Source: a virus (Duplodnaviria; Caudoviricetes). From it: a DNA stretch of 64,000 nucleotides. The notes below the pieces were generated by a model. It made no database searches. It had not been told where the DNA came from and worked only from the letters and a program-made list of their open reading frames with translations. The translations under genes were made by a program, and so were the position numbers. Shown here piece by piece: positions 1 through 8,843 of this stretch (its first letter is position 1; every line of letters begins with the position of its first letter). Location: positions 528 to 64,527 of IMG/VR virus record IMGVR_UViG_2540341244_000008. One strand, written 5' to 3'.

Positions 1-7
1 GGGGAGT

Positions 8-751
8 TTGCAGATCGGGGACGTGTGGGGTATCGGTCGGCGCTATGCAGCCATGCTCGAAAAGCACGGTGTGAGCACGGCCCTGGATTTCTCCCGGCTG
101 CCGCGCGATTTTGTCCGCAAACGCATGACCGTGCAGGGCCTGCATACGCTGCTGGAGCTGCAGGGCATTTCCTGCATCCACCTGGAGCAGGCTCCGGCCC
201 CGAAAAAAACCATCATTTCCTCACGATCGTTCGGAGAGCCGGTGACCACGCTGGCAGGCATGCGCGAGGCCATGAGCTGGCACATGTCCCGGGCCGCCGA
301 AAAACTGCGAGGACAACGGGGCGTGGCGGCGTCAGTCCTGGTGTTCGTGCAGACCAACACGTTCATTGCCCACGAGCCGCAATACTCAGCCTCGGACACT
401 GCCACCCTCGCCATCCCCACCGCCGACACGCGAGAGCTGCTCCGGGCCGGATTTGTGCTCCTGGACCGGCTCTTTAGATCTGGCTATCGCTATAAAAAAG
501 CCGGCGCCATGCTGCTCGGCATTGAGCCGGCCGGCTCGGTACAAGGATCGCTGCTGGCCCCGCCGGAAGCGGACGGCACTCGGCGCAAGGCGCTGATGGG
601 CGTGCTCGACAGGGTTAACGCAAAATGGGGACGCGAGACGGTGAGGCTGGCAGCCACGGGCATCGACCGGGCGTGGACCATGCGCCAGGTGCAACGATCG
701 CCAAGATACACGACAGTCTGGAAGGAGTTGCCGGTTGTGCGGGCGCAATAA
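8..751 (+). CDS. umuC: Y-family DNA polymerase V subunit UmuC, C-terminal part (5' end outside window)
   Basis: VWGIGRR HhH, SRSFG little-finger domain, YKKAG, C-terminal WTMRQ..RSPRYTT.W.ELP (DUF4113-like). Confidence 0.9.
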   Translation: MQIGDVWGIGRRYAAMLEKHGVSTALDFSRLPRDFVRKRMTVQGLHTLLELQGISCIHLEQAPAPKKTIISSRSFGEPVTTLAGMREAMSWHMSRAAEKLRGQRGVAASVLVFVQTNTFIAHEPQYSASDTATLAIPTADTRELLRAGFVLLDRLFRSGYRYKKAGAMLLGIEPAGSVQGSLLAPPEADGTRRKALMGVLDRVNAKWGRETVRLAATGIDRAWTMRQVQRSPRYTTVWKELPVVRAQ

Positions 752-781
752 ATCCTGCCTTTGCCCGTAGCCAGGGGAGCG

Positions 782-813
782 AAAAAAGACAGCCCCCGGA
801 CGGCCAGGGGCTG
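782..813 (-). terminator. Intrinsic terminator ending the tail operon
   Basis: CAGCCCC/GGGGCTG stem followed by TCTTTTTT on the minus strand, between convergent genes. Confidence 0.7.
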
Positions 814-868
814 AACCTCGTTTTTGAGGGAGGCAATTTTGTGACGCGATGATCGGCTTGTCAGCGCT

Positions 869-1933
869 CTAGGCCCACCCCAGGTCAGACCACGTTTTCT
901 TCACCACAGCCCCGTCTCCACCGGTGCCGCCGTATGTGATGGCCGCGCCGTGCGCTGCTGTTGCGGCGATGTCAGAGACGCCGCTGGCGGCCCCGGCGAT
1001 GGTCACCGATCCGCCGCACGCGATACCCACAAAGCCGCCGCCTGGTGCGCCGTGATAGGAGGATGGGGCAAGCAGGCCATTGGCGGAGAGCACGTATCCG
1101 GCCGCCAGGGTCATGGAATACCGGACGAGCACGAGTAGAGCCCCCCCGGGAGCGGTGTAGCCCCGCCCGTAGGGGTTTCCGTCGGCCGCATTAGCTCCAT
1201 AGGCGTCACTCCCCGGAGCCCCGTCACCGCCGCCCCAGGGGTGGCCAGGGCCGCCACGGCCACCGGCAGAACCGTTCGGATAGTTTCCGTATTCAGCCGT
1301 GGCACCGCCGCCCCCGCCGCCTCCAGGTGCGGACGTCCCGACAGCGCCATTGCCGCCTGGGGGCGAAATCCCCGTCATGTTCGCGCCAAGCACCGCGAGA
1401 GCACCGGTGCCACCGACCCCGCATCCGCTCCCATCCAGCAAGACGAGCCCGGGCGCGATGGTGCCCAGCACGTCGCCCAACTCGGGACGGCCGTCGGACA
1501 TCAAGATTGGGTCGCCAATGAACCAGCCGTGCTGGCGGATGGCGGCGAGGTAGGCCCAGCGGTCCACGTAGCGGCCCGACAACGCCACGGCGTCCGGGAT
1601 GGTCAAATCGTAGTCGGGCCAGGCGGGACTGCCCAAGGCCCCTTGCCCGTCCATGGATATGCCGGCCCCAGCCACCCGAATGTTGAGGTGGTCGCAGGCC
1701 ACGACAAAGCCCCGGCACTGCGGACCGAGTAGCTTGGCATCCAGGGTGAGCGTCCCATAACGTCGGCACACCATTGGCCCATTGACCTCTCCCGCAATGG
1801 TCGTGTCCGAGGATATGATTACGTCGCCCATGGAGTCGTAGAGGCCGAATATCGCCGGCCCTACGGGCAACGTGTAGGCCCATGACGATGCTGCATCACC
1901 GAATTGCGCGGCTCGCGCGCGACTGCGGGCCAT
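869..1933 (-). CDS. Glycine-rich tail fibre/spike-associated protein
   Basis: GGxGG-rich; last gene of the tail module; start moved to ATG 1933 just after the upstream stop. Confidence 0.6.
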   Translation of the reverse strand: MARSRARAAQFGDAASSWAYTLPVGPAIFGLYDSMGDVIISSDTTIAGEVNGPMVCRRYGTLTLDAKLLGPQCRGFVVACDHLNIRVAGAGISMDGQGALGSPAWPDYDLTIPDAVALSGRYVDRWAYLAAIRQHGWFIGDPILMSDGRPELGDVLGTIAPGLVLLDGSGCGVGGTGALAVLGANMTGISPPGGNGAVGTSAPGGGGGGGATAEYGNYPNGSAGGRGGPGHPWGGGDGAPGSDAYGANAADGNPYGRGYTAPGGALLVLVRYSMTLAAGYVLSANGLLAPSSYHGAPGGGFVGIACGGSVTIAGAASGVSDIAATAAHGAAITYGGTGGDGAVVKKTWSDLGWA

Positions 1934-1940
1934 GGCGAAC

Positions 1941-2321
1941 CTACTCGTAGCGGTGGGCACAGCCACCAATGGTTACAGTGCTGCCGACCGAGGCAAAGGC
2001 GCGGACCACCAGCGGCTCGGCGGCGCCGGCCAAAACGCCACCGGGAATGACCAGGGCCGGAGCCGCCTTGGGCTGAATCGTCACGGTCACGGTATCGTCC
2101 GGCGCATCGGTGCCTCCGTACTCGATAGTCAGGTCTACCGGCACGTCGCCGGTATTGTGCGCATCGATCCACAGTTCGTCACCCAGCTCCGGGTCTTCGG
2201 GCCCGATGTGAATCAAGGTTCCGGGACTGGCGGTCGCGGCGACCAAAATGCGCCTACCGTTGCCGGCGCCGCCTGAAAGGGGCATCTTCCGAAGGACTTC
2301 GTTTCCGTAAAACGTCGTCAT
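1941..2321 (-). CDS. Hypothetical virion-module protein
   Basis: GGAG RBS, tightly packed in the tail operon, beta-rich sequence. Confidence 0.6.
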   Translation of the reverse strand: MTTFYGNEVLRKMPLSGGAGNGRRILVAATASPGTLIHIGPEDPELGDELWIDAHNTGDVPVDLTIEYGGTDAPDDTVTVTIQPKAAPALVIPGGVLAGAAEPLVVRAFASVGSTVTIGGCAHRYE

Positions 2322-2330
2322 AATGACTCC

Positions 2331-2624
2331 TTACATGAACAAAGCGGCCATCATGGGTGATCTCCCCCGAGGCGCGTTGTCCGGGTCTTGCCCCAGCTGG
2401 ATGCCGGTCATGTTGGGGGGCAGTTCTTCGCCCGACGTCATGACGGTGGTGACCGCGCCGGAAAAATCCGCAGTTTTGACGTAGACGCCGTACAGCGTGA
2501 CCTCGGCGGCCGTGACGGCGATGGCCCGCCTGGGTTTGAAAAGATTCGTGAAGTCGCCGGACAGAGAAAAGGAGTGAGGTCCGAGATACACGAGGCCGTT
2601 TTGCGTAGAAGGAAACGAGGGCAT
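2331..2624 (-). CDS. Hypothetical virion-module protein
   Basis: AGGAG RBS, operon packing. Confidence 0.6.
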   Translation of the reverse strand: MPSFPSTQNGLVYLGPHSFSLSGDFTNLFKPRRAIAVTAAEVTLYGVYVKTADFSGAVTTVMTSGEELPPNMTGIQLGQDPDNAPRGRSPMMAALFM

Positions 2625-2633
2625 TGTAATCTC

Positions 2634-3362
2634 CTACGGCACGAAAATGGTTGTGTTGATTGCGGCCAGTGCTTCGGGTGTTTCAGCGGCATTGATCTGG
2701 TCGCATATGACTTGGCGTTGGCCGATGGCGATCCCTGAGAGAATCAGCCATGCCTCTCTGTTTTTATCGATCGTCATTGCCAGGGAGGCCAGGGATTCTC
2801 CCGTCTGCGCTGTGATGGTCCGCAAGAGGGGGATGGCATCCGGCTCCCCATCTTCGGGCGTCTCCAGGGAGGGATCGGCAAGCAGTGCTCGCGCTTGCGC
2901 CACCTGTTCGGTCCAAGTGTCGCGCTCGCTGTGGCAGAACCGGGTGCCATAAGGGGCCAGGGCCGCCTCACAGGCGGCGGCAGCCTCAACAATACGAGCG
3001 GCCTTGAGTTCGGCCAGCGTCGGGCCGAACGGACGTTCCTGCCAACTTCCAAACGTCGACAAGCCCGCCGGCGGGGCAACAACCTCCACGCCCTCCATGA
3101 CACTGGCGGCGATCTGATCCAGTACGGCCGCAGCGGCCTGCAGAATGGCGTACTCTCCATCGTAATAGATGGGCTCGGTCGTCACGTTGCCTTCGGAGTC
3201 GACCTCGGCCGGGGTCATTTCCACGCGCCCGACATATCGCAGCGTGTGGCCGTGGCTGGCTGTGATCAGGTGCCCGTCCGGGGTGGCGAGGCCGTGCGGC
3301 TGGAGAGCAGCGGCCAAGGAATCAAGAGACGCGCATTTCAGGCACATGTCGTACTGCGGCAT
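2634..3362 (-). CDS. Tail fibre assembly/chaperone-like protein
   Basis: Follows the fibre gene with TAATG coupling; ERDTW.EQ..QARA and IGQRQ...DQINAA motifs. Confidence 0.65.
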   Translation of the reverse strand: MPQYDMCLKCASLDSLAAALQPHGLATPDGHLITASHGHTLRYVGRVEMTPAEVDSEGNVTTEPIYYDGEYAILQAAAAVLDQIAASVMEGVEVVAPPAGLSTFGSWQERPFGPTLAELKAARIVEAAAACEAALAPYGTRFCHSERDTWTEQVAQARALLADPSLETPEDGEPDAIPLLRTITAQTGESLASLAMTIDKNREAWLILSGIAIGQRQVICDQINAAETPEALAAINTTIFVP

Positions 3363-5680
3363 TACGAAACTCCCATGGCGGACAGAGCCAGCACTTTATC
3401 ATTACTTGGAGCCCTATTGTACAGGTGAACCAGCTTAATAGTGCCATTCCATTGCGATCCGCCGATAACGGAGCAGCCGAGACGCTCCGTTGTCAGCCCT
3501 GCTGGAATGGTTCCCGAGGCACTGCTCGCCGATTCTGTGCCGTTTAAGGCCGCGTAGAAAGCGCCGGATACGAACGAGAACGCGACTCGAAACTCCGTGG
3601 AGTCGGCGACCGTTCCCACGGAAATGTCCACGACGAAGACGTCCGCAACAGCAACCGCACATCGGACTTGTCCGGTTGAATTGCGGTAAATAATGACCCT
3701 GTTGCTGGACGATCCGTCGTCCAGTTGCACCAGAATCTGAAGGTCAGGGTAGATGGGCTTACCCGGCGCCGTAATGGCCTGCACGACCAGCGCCCCCTCC
3801 ACGCCCGTCCATAGCGCCTCTCCGGCCGATCCGATTAGGCTGGAGAGAGGGACGGTGCAGATGTCCGCCGCCCGGGTGACGGCTCCGGCTGCCTGGATGA
3901 CCCAGCTATTTATGCCCGTCCCGCTGCCGCCAATAGCCCCGATATTGACGACCAGAGTCGTCCCAGTATGGGACGTGACTGTCCCTTGCACATAGTTAGC
4001 GAAGTTTCCGGTTTGGTAGGCCCTTGCAGTAACTCCCGCAGGAATCGCTTGGCCTGGGACGGTAGAGTCCAAACTGATGGTAAAAGTTTTTGATCCGGTG
4101 CTTATGTTGTTGCTCGTGCTGCTTGTTCCCTCTTGCCCTACCGGGTAGGGCCAATATGGGATATTGCCCTCATAAACATTAAATCCCCACACGTATAATC
4201 CATTTCCTACGATCCCGGCATACGTTGCAGCATTGGCATCATTTAACAAGTACACGAATATAGAGGCAGTAGCGGAGGCCGTGGCAGTTGAGGACATCTT
4301 GCAAAGATAGTACCCATCGGACATCTTGGTGATGGACGCCCTGGTATCCGTTCCTGCCGTAATGATTGTCGCCATCCCACTTCCAGTACAGTCAAATATG
4401 ACGTTGACTGAGGCCCAAAAAGCAGCAGAAGGGAAATATATTGAGGCCTTACTCCTTTCCGCTGCCTTCAGGCAAAGAACAGTGGTGTACGTTTTTCCAG
4501 ATACAAAAGATAACGGTTGGCCTGCCGCCTTTGTCGCGGAGACCGTCGTGCTTTCAACAAGTTTGTCTGCCGTCATAGTTCCAGCGGGCGACAGGGCTGC
4601 ATTGGCGACGGTGCCCACATCCGCTGTTTTGAGCACCAGCAGGCTGTCTAGCTGGCCGCTTAATGCCCCAAGATACGGCGCCGCCGACAGCATATTCATC
4701 CCCCGGCACTCGCCGGTCAGCGGATCGCGATCAAACACAGGCTTCCCCGCAGGAGCATATCGGAGCCTCCCCGATGAACCCATGAATGGCTCAATGGACG
4801 CCCGCGAGAACACCGCCCGAGGGTGCAGTACGGGGGTGAGATACGGTGCCCACGCGAAAATGGGGGCGGGAACACCGGCCACGGAGCCGCCGGCCATCAG
4901 CGAGGCGATTGCCTCCAGGTAAGCCACGGACGCAGCGACGTCAGCGGGCACGGACGCGGCCGATGCAGCTGCGGCAATGGCGGAGGTGGACGCCGCGCCG
5001 GAGGAGACCAGGGCAGAGTCCGCCTTGGCTGTACAGGTCGCCACCGAGGCGGTCATGGATGCGGCAGACTGCGCGGCCTCTTCCGCTTTTCCTGCCGCCG
5101 CAATCTCGGATGCAGCGGCGGCGTCTCGCGAAACAGCCGCATCCACTTGCGCGGCCAACGCCGCATCCTGCGATGCCATGACGCTGTTTTGGGCGGCAAC
5201 AAAGTCCAAATAATCGATCAAATAGATGGTGTTGGTCTCGGCGTTGTAGACGCGGCGCAGATTGGGCGTCAGTTCCCCGTCGAACAGGGAGACCGTCACG
5301 GTTGTGCCGGTGATGCCCGCCACAATGCCGCGACGATACCCATCCTCGCCGCAGTCGGCGGCGACGTGCGAGCCGATGGGCATGGTGGCGGCCACGTCAC
5401 CGTCGGCCGCAAACGAGGTCGCGGAAAGGTACGCCACCCCGCCTGACGCCGTGGTAAACGACGGCCCCCATGCCTCTTGCTGGGAGGCGGCAGCAGCGGC
5501 CAGGGTGGCATTGTCGGATGCAAACCACCCGATCTCTGCCAAATCGAGCATTAACTGCATCCAGTTGATTGAATGGCCGTTATTGTTCATGCCCCCAGGG
5601 TTTGAAGTCGGATGATAGTCTCCACCATTGTAATAATTTTTCAATCTCCAGATGGCAGTGCCCGGGAAAATAGTAGCCAT
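3362..5680 (-). CDS. Tail fibre / receptor-binding protein
   Basis: Ala-rich coiled coil, FSRAS..RFD-like spike motif, VTRAAD, C-terminal LamG-like domain; start at ATG 5680 with GAGGAG RBS. Confidence 0.75.
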   Translation of the reverse strand: MATIFPGTAIWRLKNYYNGGDYHPTSNPGGMNNNGHSINWMQLMLDLAEIGWFASDNATLAAAAASQQEAWGPSFTTASGGVAYLSATSFAADGDVAATMPIGSHVAADCGEDGYRRGIVAGITGTTVTVSLFDGELTPNLRRVYNAETNTIYLIDYLDFVAAQNSVMASQDAALAAQVDAAVSRDAAAASEIAAAGKAEEAAQSAASMTASVATCTAKADSALVSSGAASTSAIAAAASAASVPADVAASVAYLEAIASLMAGGSVAGVPAPIFAWAPYLTPVLHPRAVFSRASIEPFMGSSGRLRYAPAGKPVFDRDPLTGECRGMNMLSAAPYLGALSGQLDSLLVLKTADVGTVANAALSPAGTMTADKLVESTTVSATKAAGQPLSFVSGKTYTTVLCLKAAERSKASIYFPSAAFWASVNVIFDCTGSGMATIITAGTDTRASITKMSDGYYLCKMSSTATASATASIFVYLLNDANAATYAGIVGNGLYVWGFNVYEGNIPYWPYPVGQEGTSSTSNNISTGSKTFTISLDSTVPGQAIPAGVTARAYQTGNFANYVQGTVTSHTGTTLVVNIGAIGGSGTGINSWVIQAAGAVTRAADICTVPLSSLIGSAGEALWTGVEGALVVQAITAPGKPIYPDLQILVQLDDGSSSNRVIIYRNSTGQVRCAVAVADVFVVDISVGTVADSTEFRVAFSFVSGAFYAALNGTESASSASGTIPAGLTTERLGCSVIGGSQWNGTIKLVHLYNRAPSNDKVLALSAMGVS

Positions 5681-6591
5681 CACACGGACTCCTCTATTTT
5701 GAAGGCCATCGAAGTCAGGCCGAACATCCACCATTCGAGGGGGCTGAGCTCTGACAGGCAGCCAACAAATGACCGCTGCTGCATAAGCTGTTGGTCTGCG
5801 GGATCAAAAATATAAAGAACATCTTCGGTGATTCCGGCAAGCTGAGTCAGCAACAATGCTTTGTTTACACCCTCGATCGGCCGCATATATTTTAGCTGAA
5901 AGACTGCAATACGATGCTTTGTTCGTTTTCCATGCCATTTTGTACCATCAAGAGCGATATCAACTACAGATGGGTCTGTCCATGCGAGTGATGCGCCGTA
6001 GATCATATTGTGTTGTGGACACCAGTCTTCGGCCATAAACAGGCGGCCTACCTGCAAATGCCCGTTGCTGTTTTCTGGGTCATCGAGATAGATACTACAG
6101 AATTGCACGCTTGTTGCATTAGCGATAAAACCGCCTGTATTTAATAGCAGGAGATAAATCCTCTTGACGTTTCCGATCTGCTCGTCAGGAACCTGCCCGT
6201 AGAAAAAATTATCATCACCCCATCGCAGCTGCATGGTGTCAAACCATCGTGGCCAGACGGGTTGCCAATCGAAGTCGTATTTAACCGTTGATCTGGTCGA
6301 ATCCGTCCAGAGAACCAGTCGGGCACGGGCTCCTCGGCTAAAATTGTGCGCCACCAGGGCCAGGGCTGTGAGGTATCGTTCCCGGCCGAAATCGACATGG
6401 ATGGCTGCGCTGGCGTGGTCGCCATCCGGCAATGAGACATACGGCGAGAAGAGGGTGGCCGAATCAGTGCGCGCGACCTGACGCAGAAACCGCGTCTGCA
6501 GATTCGTGACGGGCAGGGCGTCGGACCATCCTTCGCCGGTCAACATGGCCCCGTCCGCATGATTGGGGTAGCAAAGCAGGCAATTCGCCAT
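5680..6591 (-). CDS. Minor tail protein
   Basis: Position; LALVAHN and VGRLF motifs typical of siphovirus tail-tip proteins. Confidence 0.65.
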   Translation of the reverse strand: MANCLLCYPNHADGAMLTGEGWSDALPVTNLQTRFLRQVARTDSATLFSPYVSLPDGDHASAAIHVDFGRERYLTALALVAHNFSRGARARLVLWTDSTRSTVKYDFDWQPVWPRWFDTMQLRWGDDNFFYGQVPDEQIGNVKRIYLLLLNTGGFIANATSVQFCSIYLDDPENSNGHLQVGRLFMAEDWCPQHNMIYGASLAWTDPSVVDIALDGTKWHGKRTKHRIAVFQLKYMRPIEGVNKALLLTQLAGITEDVLYIFDPADQQLMQQRSFVGCLSELSPLEWWMFGLTSMAFKIEESV

Positions 6592-8843
6592 TATCCCATA
6601 ACCTCCAACGTCACTTCCCCGAGCTCATGGACTTCGGTGATGCCGGTCACAACGCAGTTCTTCCCCCCATCCAAGAGCATCCTGGGAATTTCCAGAGACA
6701 CGACATCGCCGAGGTTAAGACTCTTGGCGCATTCCAACTTTGTCTTGAATGTGAAACGGTCCAAGTGCTGCCCATAGAAGGCCAAGAGCCGCTTGCACTC
6801 AGCCAGGGCGTCAGCCGGATTGGTGAAGTAGCCGGTGAAAGACAGTTCGCAGGCAAGGGGGTGGGCCGACAGGCTAGAGAGGTCTTCGGCCCGCATCTCG
6901 CGCCACTGCTTGCCGACCCAGGCTACCCGAGTCGGGTTCCCGGTCCAGAGCGAGGACGCTACGGCGCTTTTTTGTTGTGTGGTCCAGTTGCGGATGCACT
7001 GCATGGTGATCCGGTAGGCGATGGTCCCGTCGCTGGAGTCGTAGGGGGCAGACCGGTCAAAAGAGTCCTGAATGATATTGGACGGCAGGCCGTCGACCTC
7101 CCAGGTGAAACGCGCAACTGGCGTGGCGGCCGGGTCCGGCTTGGAAAGCTGCCCAATAATCATGGTCCCGTAGTGGTCAAAGGCCCACCAGCACCCCACA
7201 GACGCGGCCAGGGCGGACATGACATCGGCGGCCGTGGTCGTGTCGCCGGCGGCTAGGGCGTAGCCCACCTCGGCGTTGGCCGTGTCCAGCGCCTCGAGGG
7301 CAGCAAACGACGCGGTGTTGACCGCCGGCCCGACGACCGGGTCATAGCCGGTCGCCGGGCCGGTGGTGGTCGGGCCGGTATAGATGGCAGGGGAGGAGTA
7401 GGCTTCAAGCTGCGCGCCAAGGCTCGGGGCCCCGACATAGAGGCCCACGGCACCGGTTCCGGTGTAGGAGTCGGTGTAGCTGGCGTCGGTGCCCGAGAGC
7501 AGGGAAAGGACGGCCTGAATCTGCGAAAAGGACTGATCCGGTTGGCCGGCGACCCAGATGCGCAGGGCGCCGCTTTTATCGACGATCACACCCCCGTCCG
7601 TGATGAACCCGGTGGCCGTATACTGTGGTCCCACGGCCTGGCCGTTGGCCTGGACGAGCAGGACCTCGCCTGAGGTCAGGTCGAAGTCGACCAGGCAGTT
7701 GTTTGCCGGCGTGGCCGGATTGACCAGCTTGAGTCGGGCAAGGGCCCGACCGGCCGGGGTAACCGGGATCGAAAAGCAGTACATGCCCGTGCCAAGGGTG
7801 AGCGTCATCGAAAAGGTGTGCGTGCCGGCTCCGGTTGTCTCAATGAGGGGTGTCATGCCGGCATGCTGGCCAGAGGTGATCACGGCTCCCTTGGTCAGTC
7901 CCGCGGCTACCCAGGCGGCGTTGGCAAGATCTTCGCTGGGCCAAAGCAAGTTGGTCCGCTTGCGCTGGATGTAGTTCTGGACGATCCGCTGGATGATGTC
8001 GGGCACGGTGTTGACGTAAACGCCACCCAGGGCGCAGCCGCGCACGTCGCAGGTGATGCCCGAGGAGACGGATCCGCTCATCATGAACATGCCGGCGGCC
8101 AGGCAGGTCACGAATTTGCCAGCCCCTGGGGTGGCAGCCACCATTGCGGCGATGGTGGCGAAGTCTCCAGCCGCGCCCAGGCTCGTGTCCAGCGCCCAGA
8201 CAGCGGCATCCACATAGACAGCGTCCACGGCCTTGATCGGGCCATTGTGGACCTGGAAGAGCATGGCCGATGTGCTGACACAGGACGGGGTGAGGTTGTA
8301 GCAGCGCCCGAAACACAGCGGCTTCGCCTTGCCCATGAGGTCGTCGGGCGTGCCTTCAACCCCCTGGCCAGCAACATTGTTCCCAAGGTAGGTGTACTGG
8401 CTAAGCGCCTTGTCGAAAAATTTGCTGTAGTCCCGGACCTTGATGTTGCAGTAGTTCCAGGTGAATTCCGGTTGCGACATGGTGCCGGTCAGCAACACGG
8501 AAAATGCCGAATAAGGTTGATCGATGTCGCCATGCAGGAGCCGGAACGGCTGGCCATCGAAGGCCATGCCCATGAACTGGTCGAAAAAGCCGTCATGATT
8601 GGCGAGCTGGGCCGTTCCGAAGCCGCCGTCTGCACCACCGCCGGTCAGGCCGTCCCTGAAGACTGCCGCCTGCCAGTTGTTGGGCACCTTGATCCGGGGT
8701 TCGTAAAACGTGTTGGCCGGAGTGTCGGTGGGGCTCGTCGTGAAACCACCGCCGCCGGATGCAAACCGGAGCGTGGTTGTCTGGAACGTGGCTGGGTCCA
8801 GGTAGGTCAGTTCCATGAGGTAGACAGACACGCCCATGGTCAA
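6591..8843 (-). CDS. Tail tip/hub protein with inserted carbohydrate-binding-like domain
   Basis: Directly after tape measure; GKAKPLCFGRCYN motif; C-terminal LNLGDVV OB-like end; internal RTNLL.PSEDL domain. Confidence 0.7.
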   Translation of the reverse strand: MTMGVSVYLMELTYLDPATFQTTTLRFASGGGGFTTSPTDTPANTFYEPRIKVPNNWQAAVFRDGLTGGGADGGFGTAQLANHDGFFDQFMGMAFDGQPFRLLHGDIDQPYSAFSVLLTGTMSQPEFTWNYCNIKVRDYSKFFDKALSQYTYLGNNVAGQGVEGTPDDLMGKAKPLCFGRCYNLTPSCVSTSAMLFQVHNGPIKAVDAVYVDAAVWALDTSLGAAGDFATIAAMVAATPGAGKFVTCLAAGMFMMSGSVSSGITCDVRGCALGGVYVNTVPDIIQRIVQNYIQRKRTNLLWPSEDLANAAWVAAGLTKGAVITSGQHAGMTPLIETTGAGTHTFSMTLTLGTGMYCFSIPVTPAGRALARLKLVNPATPANNCLVDFDLTSGEVLLVQANGQAVGPQYTATGFITDGGVIVDKSGALRIWVAGQPDQSFSQIQAVLSLLSGTDASYTDSYTGTGAVGLYVGAPSLGAQLEAYSSPAIYTGPTTTGPATGYDPVVGPAVNTASFAALEALDTANAEVGYALAAGDTTTAADVMSALAASVGCWWAFDHYGTMIIGQLSKPDPAATPVARFTWEVDGLPSNIIQDSFDRSAPYDSSDGTIAYRITMQCIRNWTTQQKSAVASSLWTGNPTRVAWVGKQWREMRAEDLSSLSAHPLACELSFTGYFTNPADALAECKRLLAFYGQHLDRFTFKTKLECAKSLNLGDVVSLEIPRMLLDGGKNCVVTGITEVHELGEVTLEVMG

